Notes: generated by a model not told the origin, from the letters alone. Positions 37,249 to 47,280 are shown, counted from the stretch's first letter. The stretch: DNA of 64,000 nucleotides from an uncultured Gemmatimonadales bacterium (GCA_963783385.1 CAWANJ010000006.1:384001-448000); one strand, 5' to 3'. Numbers and translations are program-made.

Positions 37249-38790
37249 TCAGATTCTCAGGTCCGCCAGCGCCTCACGCAGGTGAGCGGCCCCCCGCCGG
37301 CGGGCCCCGGACCGGCCCATACCGAACAGGGTCCCGGCCAGGCCGCCGGGCCGGACGGCCTCGAGCCACCGGTCCACCTCGGCCTCGAGGAAGCGGTCCA
37401 GACGGCGTCGGTCGGCGGCCGGAAGCGTGTCCAGCCCGGCTCGCACGGGAGCCGGATCATCGCCGCTCGCCTCGGCCGCTTCACCCGGGAGATCGGGCAT
37501 GCCCTCGGCCAGGGCGCGCCGCAGGTCGCGGCGGCCCGCCTCGAAGTCGTGCGAACGCCACGCCCGGCACAGGGGCCCGGCGAGCCCTCCGAGCGCGGGC
37601 CCGGCCAGGGGCCGGTCGGCCGGCGGAGCCACGGCGTGGAGGCGCCCGGAGGCCTGGCCGCCCAGGCCGCTCGCCTCCTCGAGGATAAAGATCAGCTTGG
37701 CGAGCCGGGTCCTTCCGGCCCGCGTCTCGATGCCCCGGAACGCCGCGGAGTAGCGGGGATCGTCGGAGATCCTCTCGACATCCCGGTCCAGGACCGCCAG
37801 GCCCGGGTCGGCCGCTTCGTCCCGTGGCATCTCACCGCGCGCCACTCGCCGGTCGGCCACCTCCTCGGCCAGGGCGCCGATGCGGCGGCCCGTGGCTATG
37901 GCCCGGGGATCGTCCAGGTCGCCGCTGAGCTCCCCGATCTGCTCCGCGAGGCCGGCGACGGCCGCGATCCGGTCCTGGCGCAGCGCCTCGTCGTGCCACG
38001 CGGCGGCCGGATCCGTCCCGCCGAGCGCCGCCACAAGTGAGGCGAGCGGGCCCTCTCCCGCCGTCCGGGCCCGGGCGAACCCGGGCGGTTCGGCTCCTGC
38101 GAACAACCGCGGCTCGATCACCACGGCCTCCCAGCGGACGCCCGTGGAGCCGGCGACGCGGGCCGTCAGGGCTCGGGCGAGCGCGGCCGGGGAGTCGCCG
38201 CCGGCCTCGCCGTCACAGGCCAGGAGGGTCCCGTCCCGTCCCTCGAGCCGCACGGCTGGCTGGAGGCCGGGTGTGGCCGATGCGGCCAGGGCGGCCGTGG
38301 CCAGGCGCGACCACACCGGGTCCCCGGCGCCGTGCCGCGTGCCCAGCTCGAACAGGGCCGAACGGACCGGGGCGCCCGAGGGGCGGACCGGCGTGAGTGG
38401 AAAGGCGACCTGGAGGGAGCCGCCGAAGCGCGCCGATGGGCGGTCGTCCGCGGCGGGGTCGCCGGCGATCAGGGTGTGCGCGAGCTCGTGCAGCGGTCCG
38501 GAGGCCAGAAGGCCGTCGCGGTCGGGGCGGCCGGGATCGAGCAGCACGCCGGCATCCAGGGCGTCGACCCAGGTCCGCTCGATCCACGGAACGAGGCCCG
38601 GGTTGACCACGAGTGCGCGGGCGGCGATCGCGGCCGGGAGGGCCGCCGCGGAGCTGGCGACGATCACGTCCAGCGTGGGCGGGTCGGCCGCTTGGACCCG
38701 TTCCAGCGCCGTCAGGAGCTCCACGACCGCCCCGGCCGCGTAGGAGCCGCCGCCGGGACCACCACCCAGGATGAGAGCGATCTTCCTCAC
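37249..38790 (-). CDS. Patatin-like phospholipase domain protein (degenerate motifs)
   Basis: KIALILGGGPGGGSYAAG, VASSAA (GxSxG equivalent), ASATPG, DGE; GTG start 38790. Confidence 0.7.
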   Translation of the reverse strand: MRKIALILGGGPGGGSYAAGAVVELLTALERVQAADPPTLDVIVASSAAALPAAIAARALVVNPGLVPWIERTWVDALDAGVLLDPGRPDRDGLLASGPLHELAHTLIAGDPAADDRPSARFGGSLQVAFPLTPVRPSGAPVRSALFELGTRHGAGDPVWSRLATAALAASATPGLQPAVRLEGRDGTLLACDGEAGGDSPAALARALTARVAGSTGVRWEAVVIEPRLFAGAEPPGFARARTAGEGPLASLVAALGGTDPAAAWHDEALRQDRIAAVAGLAEQIGELSGDLDDPRAIATGRRIGALAEEVADRRVARGEMPRDEAADPGLAVLDRDVERISDDPRYSAAFRGIETRAGRTRLAKLIFILEEASGLGGQASGRLHAVAPPADRPLAGPALGGLAGPLCRAWRSHDFEAGRRDLRRALAEGMPDLPGEAAEASGDDPAPVRAGLDTLPAADRRRLDRFLEAEVDRWLEAVRPGGLAGTLFGMGRSGARRRGAAHLREALADLRI

Positions 38791-38917
38791 GTTCCCCCGA
38801 ATCTTCGCCGACTGTACGTGTCGACCCGAGTGCCGGGCCGATCGCGGTGGACCGGAAAGTGGATCCCGTCCCCGGCCCGGGCAAGCGGGGGGGGGAGGGA
38901 CGGCGTGGGATCTCGGC

Positions 38918-40021
38918 TCAGCGTGATCCGGGTACGGAGTCCCGCGCCGATGCACCCGACCCATCGGACTCGGCGGGTGCATGCAGCTGGAAGAGGCTGC
39001 GGGCATCCAGCGGCACTCCGTCCACGTACAGGCCCCAGTGCAGGTGGGGACCGGTGACCCGGCCCGTGGCCCCGACCTGCCCGATGAGCTGACCCCGCCC
39101 GACCAGCTCGCCCTCGTGGACGTCCACGCGCGACAGGTGGTCGTAGCTGCTGTACACGCCGAGGCCGTGGTCCAGGTAGACGGCGTTGCCCGTGTAGTAG
39201 AAGTGCCCGATCAGAGCCACGCGGCCCCGAGCCGCGGCGCGCACCGGCTCGCCGGTGTGACCGCGGATGTCGACTCCGGTGTGCCGGCTCTTGAGCTCGC
39301 CGTTGAAGATGCGTCGCTGCCCGAACGGGCTGGTGATCTTGCCGTGACGGGGCCACGCGAACGCGTGCCGGGGCAGCCAGGCATCCGTGGCGTGATCGAG
39401 GACGGAACGCACGGTCTCGCGGTCCGCCGCGATCTTCGCGAGAGCGCTCTTCGGCGGACTGGCGAACCGGGGAGCCACGCGCAGGCGCGTGAAGGGAAAG
39501 TCGTACGACGCGATGCGGAAGGTCATGCTGTCGGTCGCCACCGAGTCGGCCGACAGCCGGTAGCGGAGCACGAGCTCCGGCTCCCCGGCGGAGCCGATCG
39601 GCGCCGGCGCGACCCCGAACCAGCCGCCCTGTACGGGCGCGAAGTGGACGGGCCATTTCCCCAGCCGACCCTCTACCGACAGGGGATGGCGACCCGCGGT
39701 GGGCTGGAGGAGGTGGATCCCGATGGCCTCGCCTTCACGCGGGGTGCTGGGGTCCCAGCGCACCCCGAGCGGGAGCCAGGGAAGGAGAGGCGGGGAGACG
39801 TCGACCGGCTCGAGCTGCACGGAGGGAGCGGCCCGCGAGGTGTCCGCGTGGGCCGGCTCGGGCGCCCGCGGAGCGGCCACCGGCTGGGGCGGCGGGGTCG
39901 TCCCGCCGCACGCCGCGACCAGCAGCCCGATGGCGCACAGGAGGATCCGGCCCGCCGGCCGGCGGAGACGGGGCCTGCGGGCGCGAGTGGCAGCGGTCTC
40001 GTGGAAGGTGGTCGTCGGCAT
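38918..40021 (-). CDS. M23 family peptidase lipoprotein
   Basis: Lipobox VAAC, HTGVD, GRVTGPHLHW; start uncertain. Confidence 0.9.
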   Translation of the reverse strand: MPTTTFHETAATRARRPRLRRPAGRILLCAIGLLVAACGGTTPPPQPVAAPRAPEPAHADTSRAAPSVQLEPVDVSPPLLPWLPLGVRWDPSTPREGEAIGIHLLQPTAGRHPLSVEGRLGKWPVHFAPVQGGWFGVAPAPIGSAGEPELVLRYRLSADSVATDSMTFRIASYDFPFTRLRVAPRFASPPKSALAKIAADRETVRSVLDHATDAWLPRHAFAWPRHGKITSPFGQRRIFNGELKSRHTGVDIRGHTGEPVRAAARGRVALIGHFYYTGNAVYLDHGLGVYSSYDHLSRVDVHEGELVGRGQLIGQVGATGRVTGPHLHWGLYVDGVPLDARSLFQLHAPAESDGSGASARDSVPGSR

Positions 40022-40323
40022 CGGCCTCGGGTGACTCGGCATGGGCGTCGAGGGGACAGGTTGCGCCCGGTGCCGCCGGGAGGGCAAGGTCCGGCCGGAT
40101 CGCGGTGTCCCCCGTCGGCGCCCCGGGGCGGCCTGGCGGCTCACACGCGAAGGAAGCGGGACAGGCCGAACCAGCGGTCCATCCGGCGCGCGACGGGCGG
40201 CGGCTTGCTTGCCGGCCCCTCCGGGCCCCGGTAGCTTTCGCGGCTACCGCCAAAACGGTGCACACACGCGAGCGGTTCCGGACGCACGCGTCCGCTCCAG
40301 GAACCCGGAGAGGTCCCGACAGC

Positions 40324-41505
40324 ATGCACGTTTTCGCGAAATGCGAGAACTTCACGACGGCCCGCGACCTTCGCGCTCGCGGACTGTACCCGTACTTCCA
40401 GCGGATCGAGCGCTCCTACGACACGACCGTGGTGATCGGTGGCCACGAGAAGGTCATGGTCGGGTCGAACAACTACATGGGGCTCACCCACGATCCGCGC
40501 ATCATCGAGGCCGCCAAGGAGGCGCTCGATCGGTACGGTAGCGGGAACACGGGCAGCCGCTTCCTGAACGGCAACCTGGACCTCCACGACAGGCTGGAGG
40601 AGGAGCTGGCCGACTTCGTCGGCAAGGAGGCCGCCCTCGTGTTCAGCACGGGCTACCAGACGAACCTGGGGACCCTGGGCGCGCTCATCGGCCGCAACGA
40701 CACCGTGTACGTCGACAAGTTCGACCACGCCTGCATCCAGGACGGCGCGCGGCTGGGCTTCGGCGACGTGCAGCGCTTCACCCACGGGGACTACGACGGC
40801 CTCCAGCGCATGATGGCCTCGGAGCGGGAGACCCGGGGCAAGCTCGTGGCGGTGGACGGGGTGTACAGCATGGAGGGCGACCTGGCGGACCTGCCACGCC
40901 TGGTCGAGATCAAGGAGGAGTTCGACGCGCCGCTGATGGTGGACGATGCTCACGCGCTGGGCGTGATCGGCCCCGAGGGCAACGGCACCGCGGCCCACTT
41001 CGGCCTGACCGACGAGGTGGACCTCATCACCGGCACCTTCAGCAAGTCGTTCGCCTCGATCGGAGGGTTCGTGGCGGGGAACGCCACGGTGATCGATTAC
41101 CTGCGCAACCACGCCCGGGCCCTGATCTTCAGCGCCAGCATGCCTCCGGCCTCCGTGGCCACCGTCCTCAAGGCCCTCGAGATCATTCGCGCCGAGCCCG
41201 AGCGCCGCGAGCGGCTGTGGCGGAACACCCGCAAGATGATGGAGGGCCTCAAGAGCCTGGGCTTCGACATAGGGCCCACGGAGACGCCCATCATCCCGAT
41301 CCTCGTCGGTCCGATGGACAAGACGTTCCGGTTCTGGAAGATCCTGTTCGACGAAGGGGTGTTCACCAACCCGGTGGTGCCGCCGGCCGTGCCCGAGGGC
41401 AGCTGCCGCCTGCGCACCAGCTACATGGCCACCCACACGGATGAGCACCTCGACTTCGTCCTGGAGAAGATCGGGACGATCGGCGCCGAGCTCGGGGTCG
41501 TATGA
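40324..41505 (+). CDS. spt: Serine palmitoyltransferase (alpha-oxoamine synthase family)
   Basis: GLYPYF, GSNNYMGL, GSRFLNG, DGVYSMEGD, DDAH, GTFSKS PLP-lysine motif, FSASMPP; operon context. Confidence 0.82.
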   Translation: MHVFAKCENFTTARDLRARGLYPYFQRIERSYDTTVVIGGHEKVMVGSNNYMGLTHDPRIIEAAKEALDRYGSGNTGSRFLNGNLDLHDRLEEELADFVGKEAALVFSTGYQTNLGTLGALIGRNDTVYVDKFDHACIQDGARLGFGDVQRFTHGDYDGLQRMMASERETRGKLVAVDGVYSMEGDLADLPRLVEIKEEFDAPLMVDDAHALGVIGPEGNGTAAHFGLTDEVDLITGTFSKSFASIGGFVAGNATVIDYLRNHARALIFSASMPPASVATVLKALEIIRAEPERRERLWRNTRKMMEGLKSLGFDIGPTETPIIPILVGPMDKTFRFWKILFDEGVFTNPVVPPAVPEGSCRLRTSYMATHTDEHLDFVLEKIGTIGAELGVV

Positions 41506-41600
41506 GCGTACGGCCCGACTCCCGCGAGCCGGCCCCGTCCCCCAGCGAAGCACCGGAGTCTCCGAAGCGCGAGCCGTCCCGCCCGGCCGGGGAGCGGTGA
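41502..41600 (+). CDS. 32-aa Pro-rich bridging ORF between spt and the GNAT gene
   Basis: ATGA overlap with the spt stop and GTGA overlap with the GNAT start; fully open. Confidence 0.35.
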   Translation: MSVRPDSREPAPSPSEAPESPKREPSRPAGER

Positions 41601-42712
41601 GCGTCGAGGTCCGGCCGGTTCGGTCCGGCGGCGACCGGGACGCGTTCATCCGGCTGCCGTGGCGGATCTACGCGGGCGACCCCAACTGGGTGCCCCCCCT
41701 GATCCGCGACATGAAGACCATGCTGGACCCGGAGAAGCACCCCTTCCATCTCCACTCGGACCTGGAGCTCTACCTGGCCCTCCGGGACGGCCGACCGGTC
41801 GGGCGGATCGCCGCGATCCACAACCGCCGACACGTGGAGTTTCACGAGGAGCCGGTCGGCTTCTTCGGCTTCTTCGAGAGCGAGAACGACCCGGAGGTGG
41901 CCGCGGGACTGTTCGATGCCGCCTCGGCGTGGCTCCGGTCGAGAGGTCTGCGCACGATCCGCGGACCCACGAGTCCGTCCACCAACGACGTCTCGGGCCT
42001 CCTGGTCGAGGGCTTCGACGATCCTCCGATGATCATGATGCCGTACAACCCGGCCTACTACGTGGACCTGGTCGCCGGAGCCGGCTTCGAGAAGGCCAAG
42101 GGCCTCGTGGCGTACGTGCACCGGGACCAGCAGCCGCCCGAGCATCTGGTGCGGGGGGCCGAGCTGGTGAAGAAGCGCTACGGCGTCTCGGTCCGATCCC
42201 TCCGGATGAAGGACTTCGACGAGGAGCTCGAGCGGGTCCAGGGGCTGTACAACGCCGCCTGGGAGGCCAACTGGGGCTTCGTCCCCATGACGGACGAGGA
42301 GTTCCGGTTCCTGGCGAGGGAGCTCAAACCAGCGGTCGACCCGGACCTGGTTCTCATCGCCGAGGACTCCTCCGGCGAGCCGATCGGCTTCGCGCTGTGC
42401 CTGCCCGACTTCAACGTCGCCATCAAGCACGCCAATGGGAGGCTGTTCCCGTTCGGGCTCCTCAAGATCCTGTGGCACTCGCGGAACGTGCACCGCATGC
42501 GGGTCCTCACGCTGGGGCTGGTCGAGGAGTGGCGCGGCAAGGGCGTCGACGCGCTCATGTACCTGGAGATCTTCCGCAGGGGCGCGGCGCGCGGCATCAC
42601 GGAGGGCGAGTTCTCGTGGATCCTGGAGGACAACGAGATGATGCGGCGCCCCATGGACCGGATCGGCGCGCAGGTCTCCAAGCGCTACGCGCTCTACGAC
42701 CGGCCTCTCTGA
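41597..42712 (+). CDS. GNAT-fold protein, bacterial ceramide synthase (bCerS)-like
   Basis: FIRLPW..Y..DPNWVPPL, GRIAA, GFFGFFE, MMPYNPAYY, NWGFVPMT, SWILEDN. Confidence 0.8.
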   Translation: MSVEVRPVRSGGDRDAFIRLPWRIYAGDPNWVPPLIRDMKTMLDPEKHPFHLHSDLELYLALRDGRPVGRIAAIHNRRHVEFHEEPVGFFGFFESENDPEVAAGLFDAASAWLRSRGLRTIRGPTSPSTNDVSGLLVEGFDDPPMIMMPYNPAYYVDLVAGAGFEKAKGLVAYVHRDQQPPEHLVRGAELVKKRYGVSVRSLRMKDFDEELERVQGLYNAAWEANWGFVPMTDEEFRFLARELKPAVDPDLVLIAEDSSGEPIGFALCLPDFNVAIKHANGRLFPFGLLKILWHSRNVHRMRVLTLGLVEEWRGKGVDALMYLEIFRRGAARGITEGEFSWILEDNEMMRRPMDRIGAQVSKRYALYDRPL

Positions 42713-42782
42713 CCACGACCCGCCCCCCTCCCACGTCCGACCCGACCCCTCCTCCGCTCGCCCGGCGCGGCCGGAAGGGCCG

Positions 42783-43739
42783 ATGAGCGGAGTCTCGGGG
42801 ACCGTCCTCGTCACGGGGGCCACCGGCTTCGTGGGGAGCCACGTGGCCGAAGCTCTCCTGGACGCCGGCCACGCGGTGCGCTGCACGGTCCGACGGACGA
42901 GCGACACCCGCTGGCTGGACGGCCTGGACGTCGAGCGTGTCCAGGCGGACATGCGCCGCCGCGAGGCCCTCGCGGAAGCGGTGCGCGGCGCCACGTCCGT
43001 GGTCCACCTGGCCGGCATCACCCGCGCCTCCCGTCCCGAGCTGTATCGACGGATCAACGGCGATGGCACGGCGAGGCTGGGCGAGGCGGCGGTGGAGGCC
43101 GGCGTGCGGCGCTTCGTGTACATGAGCAGCCTCGCCGCCCGCGGACCGGATGGGGCCGAGGGACCGGTGAGTGATTACGGGGCCAGCAAGCGGGAGGGAG
43201 AGGAGCGCCTGCGGGGCATGACGGACCGCATGGAGGTCGTCGTGCTGCGGCCCGGCGGGGTGTATGGCCCCCGGGACGAGGACCTGCTCCCCCTGTTCCG
43301 GGCGGCCTCTCGTGGCTGGCTGGTGGCGCCCTCCGACGGGCCGGCGCTGCAGCCGGTCTACGCCTCCGACGTGGCGCGGGCCGTGCTGCGCGCGCTGGAG
43401 GGCGACGCGGGCTTCGGGCCCTTTCCCCTGGCCGAGGAGGGCGTGTACGACTGGCCTTCGGTCGGAAAGGCGATGGCCCGGGCCTTCGGGCACCCGGTTC
43501 GCCTGGTGAGGCTCCCCGGCCGGGCGTTCGAGGCTGTGGGCGTCCTGGCGCAGACGGCGTGGCGACTCGTGGGCAGCGCCCCGCCGCTGGACCGACGCCG
43601 CGCGCGGGACGTGGCGCGCCACCGCTGGACGTGCGACCCGGGTCCGAGCGAGCGGGCGCTGGGGTGGCGGGCGGAGGTGGCGCTCCCCGAGGGTCTCCGG
43701 CGGTCGGTGGCCTGGTACCGGGAGGCGGGCTGGCTGTGA
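42783..43739 (+). CDS. NAD-dependent epimerase/reductase, candidate ceramide reductase
   Basis: TGATGFVG, SSLAA, YGASK, VYGPRD; in the spt operon. Confidence 0.85.
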   Translation: MSGVSGTVLVTGATGFVGSHVAEALLDAGHAVRCTVRRTSDTRWLDGLDVERVQADMRRREALAEAVRGATSVVHLAGITRASRPELYRRINGDGTARLGEAAVEAGVRRFVYMSSLAARGPDGAEGPVSDYGASKREGEERLRGMTDRMEVVVLRPGGVYGPRDEDLLPLFRAASRGWLVAPSDGPALQPVYASDVARAVLRALEGDAGFGPFPLAEEGVYDWPSVGKAMARAFGHPVRLVRLPGRAFEAVGVLAQTAWRLVGSAPPLDRRRARDVARHRWTCDPGPSERALGWRAEVALPEGLRRSVAWYREAGWL

Positions 43740-44617
43740 GCGGCGGGGCGGAGGCCGGGCTGAGGGACGGCCGTGGCGGGCTGGCGTCCGACGTGGTGCT
43801 CGCCGCGTATCTGCTGGTCACGGCCGTGCTCGCGCTGGCCGGCGGCAGTCGCGCGGGACTGATCCTGGGCTTGGCGCACGGCGCCGCCGCGGCGGCCGTG
43901 GTGCTGATCGCGCGCCGGCCACTGCCGCGCGCCGCGCTCCTGCGCTTCCTGCGAGTGGCCTATCCCCTCCTCCTGATGCCCGTCCTGTACGCGGAGCTCC
44001 GGGTGCTGGACCAGCTCCTGTTCCACGGCTTCTTCGACCCGACCGTGCAGGGCTGGGAGCAGGCCGTGTTCGGGACGCAGCTCAGCGTGGCGGCCGCGCG
44101 GGCCCTGCCCTACGCCTGGCTGTCCGTGATTCTGCACCTGGGCTACGTGTCCTACTACCTCATCGTCCCCACGGCGGCCGTGGCCGCCTACCTGGCGGGC
44201 GGGATGGAGGCGCTGGAGCGTGCCACGACCACGATCGCCCTCGGCTTCTTCATCTGCTACCTGTTCTTCCTGGTGTTCCCGGTGGCTGGCCCGCGCTACC
44301 TGTTCCCGCCGCTGTCCGGCCCGCCCGCCAGGAGCGAGGTGTACGCCGTCGTGCACGCCGTCCTGGACCGCGGCTCCTCCAAGGGTACCGCGTTCCCGAG
44401 CTCCCACGTGGCGGCCGCGGTCTCCTCCCTGCTGGCCGCCTCGCGTGAGAGCCGGCGGGCCTTCGCGATCCTGCTGCTGCCCGTGACCGCCCTGGTCCTG
44501 GGAACCGTATACGGGCGGTTTCACTACGGCGTGGACGCCATGGCCGGCCTGCTGGTGGCGGCAGCGGCGTTCGCGGTCACGCCGTGGCTCGTGGCCAGGC
44601 TGGGCGCCCGGGTCTAG
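43736..44617 (+). CDS. PAP2/AUR1-like membrane phosphotransferase (IPC synthase-like)
   Basis: Multi-TM; PVAGPRY, AFPSSHV, RFHYGVD; GTG start overlaps the upstream stop. Confidence 0.85.
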   Translation: MSGGAEAGLRDGRGGLASDVVLAAYLLVTAVLALAGGSRAGLILGLAHGAAAAAVVLIARRPLPRAALLRFLRVAYPLLLMPVLYAELRVLDQLLFHGFFDPTVQGWEQAVFGTQLSVAAARALPYAWLSVILHLGYVSYYLIVPTAAVAAYLAGGMEALERATTTIALGFFICYLFFLVFPVAGPRYLFPPLSGPPARSEVYAVVHAVLDRGSSKGTAFPSSHVAAAVSSLLAASRESRRAFAILLLPVTALVLGTVYGRFHYGVDAMAGLLVAAAAFAVTPWLVARLGARV

Positions 44618-44657
44618 CCGCGGCCGGCCCGGTGGCGGCCGGCCCCACGAGCGCCCG

Positions 44658-44687
44658 GGCAACCCTCGGCCGGCCCCGGGTATCAAA
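44658..44687 (+). promoter_or_regulatory. Possible autoregulated ECF promoter
   Basis: GGCAAC-N16-GTATCAAA just upstream of the ECF gene. Confidence 0.4.
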
Positions 44688-44712
44688 CGGTCGTCCGTGA
44701 GCGGGGAGAGAG

Positions 44713-45264
44713 GTGGGAGAGACCGAGCTCGTCGAGCGCGCCAGGTCCGGTGACCAGGAGGCGATGGGGGCGCTGTACCGCGCCCACGCGTCCCGGGTCT
44801 ATACGGTGGTGCGCCGGCTCGCGGGGGACGATGCCCTCGCGGAGGATCTCGCCCAGGACGCCTGGATCCGCGCCTTCCGCAAGCTCGAGCTCTTCCGAGG
44901 GGACTCCTCCTTCGGAACGTGGATGTACCGCCTGGCCACGAACATGGCGCTGAACCGTCTTCGTCGTCGCGGCCGGCGGGACGAGGTGGAGCGCGAGGCG
45001 GACATCGTCCACGCCGCCGGCTCCCTCGACGAAGCGGTCATCAACCAGCGCATGCTGGCGCAGGCGCTCGACCGACTTCCTCCCGGCTATCGCAAGGTGC
45101 TGGTCCTGCACGACGTCGAGGGCCGTACGCACGAGGAGATCGCGGAGCTGCTGGGCGTGGCGGCGGGCACGTCCAAGTCCCAGCTCCACAAAGCCCGCGC
45201 TCGCATGCGGGAGCTTCTGGATCCCGGCGAGACCGAGTCGGAAGCGAGCACCCGTGAAGTCTAG
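44713..45264 (+). CDS. ECF RNA polymerase sigma factor
   Basis: AEDLAQD, FGTWMYRLATN, HEEIAELLG..GTSKSQLHKAR. Confidence 0.95.
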   Translation: MGETELVERARSGDQEAMGALYRAHASRVYTVVRRLAGDDALAEDLAQDAWIRAFRKLELFRGDSSFGTWMYRLATNMALNRLRRRGRRDEVEREADIVHAAGSLDEAVINQRMLAQALDRLPPGYRKVLVLHDVEGRTHEEIAELLGVAAGTSKSQLHKARARMRELLDPGETESEASTREV

Positions 45265-45274
45265 GTTGGAGACG

Positions 45275-46153
45275 ATGTCGGAGCATCTGGAACGAGAGAC
45301 GCTGTCCGCGCTGATGGACGAGCCGGGTTCCGACCCGGTCGCCTCCGCCCATCTCGAGGCGTGCCCGGCCTGTCGTCGGGAGTTCGAGATCATGCGCAGG
45401 ATGCGCATGGCCCTGTCGGCGATGGGCCAGCTGGAGCCGCCGGACGGCGCATGGAACCGGATCGAGGCCCGCCTACCCAGGGTGAGCCGGATCGGACGCT
45501 GGCTGGGTGTCCTGGTCGGCGACGGCTGGGTGGCGGCTTCGCTGAGAGCGGCCGCGGCCGTCGTCCTGTTCGCCGGCGGCGTGGCGCTGGGGCTGCGCGC
45601 CGGCGGCCTGGCCCCGGCCGGCCTCGCGTCGACGTCCGGGACCGTGGACTCCGGGAGCGTGGCGGCCGGCGGTTCGGCCGGGCAGCTCGCCCGGACGTCC
45701 GGGGACGCCGCCCGACCGGGCGGTACATCGAGCCCCGAGCTCGCGGCCCGGAACGGCGGCCCGGCGCGCGCCGGCGAGGCTGCGGTGCACGGCAACGCGT
45801 CGCTCTCGGGGCGCGAGGCGGCCGGCCTGGCCCTGGCGAGCACCGGGGGCGGCTTCACGGACGGGGGCTCCGGATCCGTGAGCCTCCCGGCCGACCTCCC
45901 GGAGCCCTACCGGGCCATGTTCTCGCGGCTCGAAGCCCTGCGGACGCAGGGTCCGAGTCCCACCGAGGCGCTCCGTGACCCGCAGGCGGCGGCCCAGCAC
46001 CTGGCGCGGCTGGACGCGCTGATCCGGGCCTCGCGGGAGGCAGTGCGGCAGATGCCCGCCGACCCGGCGGTGAACGACTTCCTGTTCCAGGTCGTGGCGG
46101 AGCGGAACGAGCTCGACCGCGTCCTCCACGTGGCGTCGCTGGAGTACCATTGA
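45275..46153 (+). CDS. Zinc-finger (HxxxCxxC) membrane anti-sigma factor
   Basis: HLEACPAC motif, single TM, follows the ECF gene. Confidence 0.85.
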   Translation: MSEHLERETLSALMDEPGSDPVASAHLEACPACRREFEIMRRMRMALSAMGQLEPPDGAWNRIEARLPRVSRIGRWLGVLVGDGWVAASLRAAAAVVLFAGGVALGLRAGGLAPAGLASTSGTVDSGSVAAGGSAGQLARTSGDAARPGGTSSPELAARNGGPARAGEAAVHGNASLSGREAAGLALASTGGGFTDGGSGSVSLPADLPEPYRAMFSRLEALRTQGPSPTEALRDPQAAAQHLARLDALIRASREAVRQMPADPAVNDFLFQVVAERNELDRVLHVASLEYH

Positions 46154-47268
46154 TGCGTCCCGTCGCCCTCCTCGTGGCCCTCCTGCTGGCGGCTCCCGCC
46201 GGCCTCCGGGCCCAGGGCGCCGCCCCCCAGGGCGCGGCCCGGCAGGACAGCGCGCCGGCCTGGATCGGTGTGGGTCTGGCGGGTCGCACGACCTGCGGGG
46301 ACGGGCACGGCGGCCCGGCCCGGACGGCGTCGGACTGCCACACCGCCTTCATCGCCGAGACGGTAGTCCTGGGGAGCCCGGCCGACAGCGCCGGCATCGA
46401 GCCCGGCGACACGCTGGTGACGATCGCCGGCCAGGCGCTCGGCACGGCGGCGGGCGAGCGGGCGCTGGGCCGTCTCCGGGCTGGCCAGGCCGTCGACGTG
46501 CGGGTCGGCCGCGAGGGAGGAGAGCGGACCGTGCGCGTGGTCCCGAGGGCGCGGCCCTCGGGGGCGCCGGTGGTCCGCGTGCGCGTGGCGCGCGTGGATG
46601 CGGATGGGCCCGACGTGGTGCGGGTGCGGCTCGCGCCCCTGGCCGTGTCTCCGGTCCTGTCTCCCCATGGAATCCCGGCAGTCCCGGCTCCGGGGACCGC
46701 CCCGGAGCGCATGGCGACGTCCTCGAGCTATACGCTGACGCTACCCGCGCGGAGGGCCCCGGACGGATCGGAGACCCTGTTCCGGATCGACATGAACGGT
46801 CGGCCGATGGTGTGGCGGAGCCTGGGCGGCGCCGCCCCGGACTCGATGTCGCCCGACCTGCGGGCGCTGCGCGACTCGGTCCTCGAGGAAGCCAGGGCCC
46901 GGCTGGACTCCCTGCGAGAGGTGTTCCGGGGCCACGTGTGGGCCGCGATGCAGAACGCCGACGCGTTCGGGTCGCCGGCAAGCACGGCTCGCCTGGCGGG
47001 GGCGGAGTTCCGGCCCCTGAGTCCGGCGCTGGCCGAGTACTTCCGTGGGGCCGATCGCGGCCTGCTCGTGCTGCGCGTGCTTCCGGGCACGCCGGCGGGG
47101 TCGCTCGGGCTCCGTCCCGGCAATGTGGTGGTGCGCGCGGCCGGCGAGCCGGTGCGTGACGCCCTCGATCTGCGCTCGGCGCTCGTCAAGGTGGCGCCCA
47201 CCGACTCGGTGGCGGTCGTCTGGGTCCGCAAGGGGCGGACGATGAAGGGAATACTGAAGGGGCGCTAG
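46153..47268 (+). CDS. Secreted double-PDZ domain protein
   Basis: Signal peptide; GSPADSAGIEPGD and GTPAGSLGLRPGN PDZ motifs; no protease domain seen. Confidence 0.85.
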   Translation: MRPVALLVALLLAAPAGLRAQGAAPQGAARQDSAPAWIGVGLAGRTTCGDGHGGPARTASDCHTAFIAETVVLGSPADSAGIEPGDTLVTIAGQALGTAAGERALGRLRAGQAVDVRVGREGGERTVRVVPRARPSGAPVVRVRVARVDADGPDVVRVRLAPLAVSPVLSPHGIPAVPAPGTAPERMATSSSYTLTLPARRAPDGSETLFRIDMNGRPMVWRSLGGAAPDSMSPDLRALRDSVLEEARARLDSLREVFRGHVWAAMQNADAFGSPASTARLAGAEFRPLSPALAEYFRGADRGLLVLRVLPGTPAGSLGLRPGNVVVRAAGEPVRDALDLRSALVKVAPTDSVAVVWVRKGRTMKGILKGR

Positions 47269-47280
47269 CGGCCGCCGCCC

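Noticed and set aside
40324-41505. Annotation as BioF or Kbl
   Set aside because: The GTFSKS motif, the GLYPYF N-terminus and the adjacent bCerS-like GNAT favour serine palmitoyltransferase; no bio or tdh genes are nearby.
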